Below, piece after piece: positions 56,833-64,000 of a stretch of 64,000 bases of DNA (its first letter is position 1; each line of letters opens with the position of its first letter). The notes under the pieces are model-generated. The model had not been told where the DNA came from. It did not search any database and saw nothing but the letters and a program-made list of their open reading frames with translations. Position numbers and translations under genes: made by a program. Source of the stretch: Hormiphora californensis (Eukaryota; Animalia; Ctenophora); contig CM035352.1 of the NCBI GenBank assembly GCA_020137815.1, positions 5,704,001-5,768,000 of the forward strand, read 5' to 3'.

Positions 56833-57695
56833 GTGAGCTAATAAAAATGGAGAGTTTTATGAGCTAGAAACATAGGGGAGTTGTGAGCTAGAAACATAGG
56901 GGAGTTGTGAGCTAGAAACATAGGGGAGTTTTGTGAGCTAGAAACATAGGGGAGTTGTGAGCTAGAAACATAGGGGAGTTTTGTGAGCTAATAAAACAGG
57001 GGAGTTGTGAGCTAGAAACATAGGGGAGTTTTGTGAGCTAGAAACATAGGGGAGTTTTGTGAGCTAGAAACATAAGGGAGTTGTGAGCTAATAAAACAGG
57101 GGAGTTTTGTGAGCTAGAAACATAGGGGAGTTTTGTGAGCTAGAAACATAGGGGAGTTTTGTGAGCTAGAAACATAGGGGAGTTGTGAGCTAGAAACATA
57201 GGGGAGTTTTGTGAGCTAGAAACATAAGGGAGTTGTAAGCTAGAAACATAAGGGAGTTGTGAGCTAGAAACATAAGGGAGTTGTGAGCTAGAAACATAAG
57301 GGAGTTGTGAGCTAGAAACATAGGGGAGTTGTGAGCTAATAAAACAGGGGAGTTGTGAGCTAGAAACATAGGGGAGTTTTGTGAGCTAGAAACATAAGGG
57401 AGTTTTGTGAGCTAGAAACATAAGGGAGTTGTGAGCTAGAAACATAGGGGAGTTGTGAGCTAGAAACATAAGGGAGTTGTGAGCTAGAAACATATGGGAG
57501 TTGTGAGCTACAAACATAGGGCAGTTGTGAGCTAATAAAACAGGGGAGTTGTGAGCTAGAAACATAAGGGAGTTGTGAGCTAGAAACATAGGGGAGTTGT
57601 GAGCTAGAAACAAAAGGGAGTTGTGAGCTAGAAACATAAGGGAGTTGTAAGCTAGAAGCATAAGGGAGTTGTGAGCTAGAAACATAAGGAAGTTG
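56833..57695. repeat. 24/26-bp minisatellite (GTGAGCTAGAAACATAGGGGAGTT[TT]), ~35 copies
   Basis: Head-to-tail units filling most of the gap between the GINS3 stop and the next gene's ATG. Confidence 0.95.
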
Positions 57696-57889
57696 GGGAA
57701 TGAAAGAGGCATACAACTGTTGAGCCAAGTGATGGAGATTAGGGAGGGAAGATGGGAAATCACCGAGAGGTAACAGAGAGAGGGGTCCAAAAGAAAACTC
57801 ATGGGTTTGTAACGAACCTGCAACTTCTTCAACAACAACAATTTTAAAACACATTTCTAACTAAATATCAATCAAAATCAAGAGTTATT

Positions 57890-58919
57890 TCAAGTCAACT
57901 GATGGCGTTTTCGTTTCCTACTGTGAAGAACAAGTGTTGACGCTCCAATAATATTTGACTCTCTCCTCTCCCACTTGTCTAGTGTTTGTACACTCTCTCT
58001 ACTCAGCTCAAACAGTTCTCTCTCTTTTGTGTCCAGCTTGGCAAGAAGTGTGGAGAGATCCTGGTTCCGGGAATTCTGGGAGCTATCCATTATCTTTTTG
58101 AAGCGCCCAATGAAGGCCTTGACGAGGGAGACAGCAAGGTAAGGGGTCTCAGGATGAGGTAATTTTATCAACCGGAGTCCCGTACCGTAGAAGTGTACTG
58201 CCTGAGGGGCAGGAGAGATGCGGTGAGGGGGGTGGGGGTACAGTGAGATGCAGGGAGAGGGGCGGGACTGTGAGATGCAGGGAGAGGGGAGGGAGAACAA
58301 AGAAAACTGCAGGGAGAGTTCGCTGTCCCAACCTTGAAGGGCTGGTGCAGGGAGAGTTCCCAATAATTACAATACTAAAACAATACCTGCTTAAAAAGAT
58401 CGACGACAGAAGAGTCGGCAAGTAGAATATTCCTATTTGCTTCCTGGTACGCTTTGGGCAGTTCACACGTCAAGAAACCCTTGTCCGCCAGTCCACTACC
58501 TACAATCCACAGTGGCAGATCCATCTTGGTCCCGGATACTAGATGCTCTCCAGAATTACTGGCGTCTAGATAACCTGATGGGTTGTGGTTAAAGTGAGAA
58601 ATAACAGCAGGGATTATATGTGTACTCCTTGACTTAAACTTAAGTAAAAACGTATTTCTCCAGCACGTATTTTGCCACAACTAACAAGTGTTCAGGAACC
58701 GACCGAATCAGGAAATACTGGTCCCTGATTGGCTGATAACCAGTCACGTGACCTAAATAACGACTTCTGATTGGTTGTTTACTGGTTCCTACCTAGCCCA
58801 AAGAAAGATCTCCGTAAGACACAGGATAGTTTCTGTTGCTCTGCGAGGATAGAGTCGATACTGAAATAGTCCCTTGGTATAACACTATCCACATCTTGTT
58901 GCTGCGAGTCAAACGACAT
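57890..58919 (-). CDS. GINS3: DNA replication complex GINS subunit PSF3, three coding exons
   Basis: MSFD...DYFSIDSILAEQQKLSC..FFGLG|YLD...GTKMDLPLW...ELPKAY...ILLADSSVVDL|FYGTG...AFIGRFKKIMDSSQN...LDTKERELF...DKWER...IGASTLVLHSRKRKR: canonical PSF3. Confidence 0.93.
58693..58790. mobile_element. Family-A MITE copy in GINS3 intron 1, abutting the splice donor
   Basis: Near-identical to 21929-22018. Confidence 0.85.
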
Positions 58920-59143
58920 CCTAATTGAGGATTTTACCATCAATAATTTACCTTTCATGTAATTATAGGGATACCAAATTCATATTTTAAGTTATAAATA
59001 GTGCTGAATTTTAGAAGGATTCGAGTATTTTTAGGGAAAGGGAAAAGGGGAGAGAGAGTATGGTAAGAGGGCATTAGCATTAGGATAGGTATTGTATTTG
59101 ACCCACACGCTCGAAGCTGGATTACTGGGGGAGTAGTGAGAGA

Positions 59144-59242
<99 letters not shown>

Positions 59243-59578
59243 GAGGGAGAGAGAGAGAGAGGGAGAGAGGGAGAGAGAGCAGAGATGGTATTGTTCTTTG
59301 CCACATTTTGCTTCTGTTGGCTATGTGCCTTTGGATGAGTTGTTGATAGCAGAATTTAGGAATCTTGCTCCAAATTTGTTAATGAAATTACCCCTCCGCA
59401 CAAGCTCACTAGATGCAATAATAGGGGTGACTTCGTAACCAACACTATCGAGAGATCGAGTTTATTATGGTACTACTTGATACCATACATTGTCTAGCTA
59501 GACAAATGTAAAGGAGGGTTAGAACATATTAATATAACAAACCATACATATAAATGTTAATATGTTTTAGCAGTTACA

Positions 59579-61740
59579 ATGTTGATCCTGTGTTTCTCCC
59601 TATTATTGGGGCTGAGTAGAGGGAACATGGCAATAGCAAATGGAACCGCCAGGACTGTACACGGGAGTTTCCTCCCTGAGCTCGCATTTGATGGGGATCT
59701 CCACACGTTTTACCATTCTGGACACAGCAATGATCCAGAGTGGTTGCAGCTGAATCTGGTTAAACCCACGAGAGTTGCATGTGTTATAGTCGTCAATAGG
59801 TGAGTTGTATATTCTACCCGAGCTATTCGACTCAATACTATATTTAAAGTTAAAGTATTATACAAGGTGGCCCATAAATTATGATAGCGGGGGACGAGCC
59901 GTACCTCCGAAACGGTGATAGTTGTGCAAAAACAAACTACGGGAACATGCTGGAACAATTCCTGGACGACTTTTTGCAATTTATGAAATTTTTATTCAAA
60001 AGTTCATTTTTCATTCATGAACTTTCTACACGTTCATTAATGAATTAAGGACTCTAATTTACCGAGAGTTAGGAATTTTGTTTGGGTTGAATTTATCTTT
60101 CCAATGAGCACCATAAAAATCAAATTGAAGCACCAGATCACATGGCAGTTGAGAAAATGCACATTCATGATTTTGGCTCTTCCTGCGACTTTCAATCGGC
60201 TGTATCACGGCTACCTTTTGTTCAATCGTTTTACAAATTTGGGAGAACATCGGATAAGCAAAGATCTTTCCTCACAAGAAAAATCAGGGTCAAAACTCAA
60301 AGTTCATTTTCAAGTGTTGATAGTTCATTCCACTCATTCAGGAACCAACATCCCTAAAGTGATTAAAAGTGATGGTTTTTGTTTGGACCATACCCTGCAA
60401 TGATAGAGAGGTGTAAAATTACGTTTCTGGGCTAGTTAGTGGGTGTCCATGTGATCATGATGATATCTGACACCTTTTCTGGGCCATAATTAAGGGATTT
60501 TCTCAAATTCAAGCATGTGATTTGAGTTTTTGCGATTGGTATCGTGCAGCAATGTTGAGAGATCTCATAGCACCTCAAAAATAATGATTAGTTCAATGAA
60601 AGGAGTTGATTTATGATAGAAAAGATTAAAACAGACGTCAAAATGAACTAAACGATCATTTTAAATCATAAATCAACTCCTTTCATTGAACTAATCATTA
60701 TTTTTGAGGTGCTATGAGATCTCTCAACATTGCTGCACGATACCAATCGCAAAAACTCAAATCACATGCTTGAATTTGAGAAAATCCCTTAATTATGGCT
60801 CAGAAAAGGTGTCAGATATCATCATGATCACATGGACACCCACTAACTAGCCCAGAAACGTAATTTTACACCTCTCTATCATTGCAGGGTATGGTCCAAA
60901 CAAAAACCATCACTTTTCATCACTTTAGGGATGTTGGTTCCTGAATGAGTGGAATGAACTATCAACACTTGAAAATGAACTTTGAGTTTTGACCCTGATT
61001 TTTCTTGTGAGGAAAGATCTTTGCTTATCCGATGTTCTCCCAAATTTGTAAAACGATTGAACAAAAGGTAGCCGTGATACAGCCGATTGAAAGTCGCAGG
61101 AAGAGCCAAAATCATGAATGTGCATTTTCTCAACTGCCATGTGATCTGGTGCTTCAATTTGATTTTTATGGTGCTCATTGGAAAGATAAATTCAACCCAA
61201 ACAAAATTCCTAACTCTCGGTAAATTAGAGTCCTTAATTCATTAATGAACGTGTAGAAAGTTCATGAATGAAAAATGAACTTTTGAATAAAAATTTCATA
61301 AATTGCAAAAAGTCGTCCAGGAATTGTTCCAGCATGTTCCCGTAGTTTGTTTTTGCACAACTATCACCGTTTCGGAGGTACGGCTCGTCCCCCGCTATCA
61401 TAATTTATGGGCCACCTTGTATAGGAACATAAATTGTCCAATCATACATCCACAGGATTTCCTTCGAATCGGACGCTTGGGCATGGGAAAACCAGGATGT
61501 TTCAAGGGACAGGCTACTAGGTACAACGGTCCTCCTTGTTGGGTCTACCAGTACAACCACCTGTGGGTCAGTTGAAACGACTAAACAAGATGCAACATCA
61601 GTACAGGACCAGAGCTACACTATACCGTGTAGTCAGGACGCTGAAAAGGCACTCTCTGTTCGTCTTGAGAATGATGTTCAACTAACAGGAAGACAGATTG
61701 TAATGCAGATTGCAGAGGTTACAGTTATAGCTAATATAGG
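59579..61740 (+). CDS. Secreted F5/8 type C (discoidin/FTP fucolectin-like) domain protein; exons 59579-59799 and ~61456-61739, probably continuing
   Basis: Signal peptide MLILCFSLLLGLSRG; AFDGDLHTFYHS...PEWLQLNL...VIVVNR|...RDRLLGTTV...CGSV...YTIPC...MQIAEVTV. Confidence 0.75.
59863..61419. mobile_element. 1557-bp palindromic non-autonomous Tc1/mariner-type element, TA TSD, ~755-bp arms, 47-bp spacer
   Basis: TA|CAAGGTGGCCCATAAATT ... AATTTATGGGCCACCTTG|TA. Mirror-image ORFs on opposite strands (60104-60403 vs 60879-61178); intronic. Confidence 0.92.
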
Positions 61741-62019
61741 TAAAGTATAGCAGGGGTAGAACGGGTTTATTATTATATATATATCGGGCTGGGAGGGAAA
61801 CAAAAATTAAATTTCACTTTTTGCGTTGTTCAAGTTAGATGCAAAAACGGCAAATATTGTTTAGTAGAGGGCCCTACTAAACTCAGCAGCCGCAAAATTT
61901 CAATTCAGCTCCAACAGCTGGGCAGGTATTTTTGAACTTTCAAACGCAACCGGGATCAAATATTTTACCAGAGATTTTATCGGAGATATTATCAAAATGA
62001 GCAAATAGTGATCACTGCA

Positions 62020-63360
62020 CTGAAAATGAAAAAATGAAAATGAACATCACCATTTATATTAGAGTCAGTAAATGACTCTTCCCGCTCTTACACTATAAAC
62101 ATATATAATTAAATATATATCCTACAAGGCCGAGAGGCTAAAAGCATCGGCAGTTACCTAAAGCGGGTTAGCATATTTATGGAAACAGTCCTAGATAGAT
62201 AGATACAGTTCAGTTAGCTATCCAACTTGAATCACATTGTTTTTGATGTAATAATTACCGTCTGGATCATCTGTACGAACCCGTTTCAAGGTGGCCAGCA
62301 GAGCTTTTCGCTCCTTTAGTTGAGAGGGGTTAAGATCCGGTGACAGATATACGGCCGAGTGTTTTTTTGAATCTTTGAGCTGCCGTGCCTTCTTCAGCAG
62401 CGCCAAAAGGGTCGCTCTCTTCTCAAGAGATACCAATAGCGGCCTAGGGCGTTTCTCGTTTCTCTCACCAATACGTTTTATGTTAGCAACTTTCGGTTTT
62501 TCGTTCAGTTCTTCAAATAGCTCTTCCAGATTGGTTCTATCAGCATTCTCTGTTGTTTCTGGGAGCCCAAAGATTACCAAGTTCTTCTCTCGATTTTCCT
62601 GGGGTACTACTGTAGCAGGCTTAGAAGTTGGTGGCTTAGGAGGAGTTGGTAGCTTTTTCGCCACAGGGGAGGCTGCAGCATAATTTTGAGCCATGACTGT
62701 CGAGTAGGCTTTCACCTTCTGCACTGAAGTTTCCACTGAGTTCAATTGTTCTTTCTGAGCATTGATGACCGTTTGTTGTAGTTCAATGACCAAGACACGA
62801 TTTCGCTCAAGCTCTTCTTTGCACGCAGATAGTTGCTTCTCTAGTTTTTCTGCAGTGATTACGGTATTCAAATTGTTCATAGCTGCTTGAGCAAGTTTGG
62901 CACTGGAAATAAAGAGTTGAGTGGTGACATCAACAACTTGATTTGGGGTAAGGTCCTTCAGACGATCTTTGAAGAATGTCCCCATGTGATTTTCGGGTGG
63001 GTTCGAGCAGTCAGGGGTAAAAGCCCTCGCAGGTGCAAATTTGATAGAATTATAGCACTGACTAACGTTCTCGGGGGTGATACTTCTCTGTTGTTCGGGA
63101 ACAGCAACCCAATGCAGCCGTTCAACTCCCAAAACAAAGTCATCAACGGATTCAATCAGTTGTTTTATCTTAGGGTTATCGCCCTCATACGGTAAGCGTA
63201 GAATCTTATCCAATCGTTTGTCTTCGTACATTAGCTTCATCATCAGTGTTTCACTTTTCTGCCCTTTGGGGCGGTCACATCACCATATCTACCTGCTCAA
63301 ATTAATTTGTTTAAAGTAGTGTTGAAAAGTTTGAGTGAGGAGACACCAGACTCGAGAGCG
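62020..63360 (-). mobile_element. LINE (CR1/L2/Jockey-group) ORF1-like element with no ORF2; ORF 63243-62218
   Basis: Coiled coil + REKNLVIFGLPE...RIG...RPRPLLV...LLKKARQLK...VYLSPDL..QLKERKAL (typical ORF1 RRM/CTD). About 180 bp of 3' sequence then a (TTCATT)-like tail. Boundaries approximate. Confidence 0.75.
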
Positions 63361-64000
63361 TCACTGGTTCATTGTTAAAATCGTTGACCGTATAGTAATT
63401 TCAGCGTGTCCCTGTGCTTCCTATGCGGCTGCCACGGTCAGGGGGTGACATCCCCACAAGCAGGGCCCCAACGGGGGACATAGGGTTGGACGTCGGGGTC
63501 CCCGCAAGCAGATCCAGAGGCTTAACTTGTGAGCGCTTGAATGTGGAAATAGGTAAGTGACATAGAAGTCAGAAGTAGACACGAAAAGAAGCAAGCGTCT
63601 TTTGCAAACCGAACGTTAACAGAAGCTAACGTTTAAATTTAAAAAACTTTTTTTAAACGACGCGACTTAACATTTTTTTAAACAACTTAAAAAAATGTTT
63701 CAACGCGCGGCATTAAAATAGGTGCCGCGCGAAGTAAGATCGTTACTTTAATTAAGGAGAGAGCAAAGTCGCGCGGCTTTTGTTTTGCGCGTGCTAAATT
63801 GCGGCAAATTTCATCTCCCTTGTAACCTTGTATTGTTTATCTTGTATTTTTTATGGTGGCATGCCAATTGCCAATCACCATACCATCAATTTCGACCAGT
63901 ACGCCTACGATTTAGTACAAAAAAACAGCAATATCTTACCACTTTAAACAAAACTGAAATATGTGAATCTGTGTAAAACTAACGACATCTAGGGTACGTT

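Noticed and set aside
60059-61223. Duplicated ORFs on opposite strands as a gene pair or transposase
   Set aside because: They are mirror images within the TIR arms, and no DDE or HTH motif is visible.

Overview
This is eukaryotic (animal) genomic DNA with compact, intron-containing genes, many (GA/TC)n microsatellites and small palindromic transposons. A ctenophore such as Pleurobrachia is my best guess, from the gene architecture and an unverified recollection of one MITE family. Genes from left to right are: the 3' end of Notchless (NLE1), a CCHCR1-like coiled-coil gene, TBL2, a giant silk-like gene, a short tropomyosin-like gene, ANKUB1, a T-box factor, a metalloprotease-like/tandem Death-domain gene, a small KEN/RVxF/FFAT-motif gene, GINS3 and a secreted F5/8C (FTP-like) gene. 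The standout is the ~13.4-kb, apparently single-exon silk-like gene (5505-18955, ~4,500 aa once indels are repaired). It has ~31 near-identical 121-aa modules, each a beta-rich core plus a GPGGX/GGX linker and an IDIDI spacer. (GPGGM)n blocks and mutually similar terminal domains bracket the array. Mobile DNA includes two GGTA-ended foldback elements with 8-bp TSDs, a TA-flanked 1.56-kb near-perfect palindrome, two MITE families, a CRE-like retrotransposon fragment and an ORF1-only LINE-like element. Several frameshifts, in the silk array and the T-box exons, look like consensus errors and need read-level checking.
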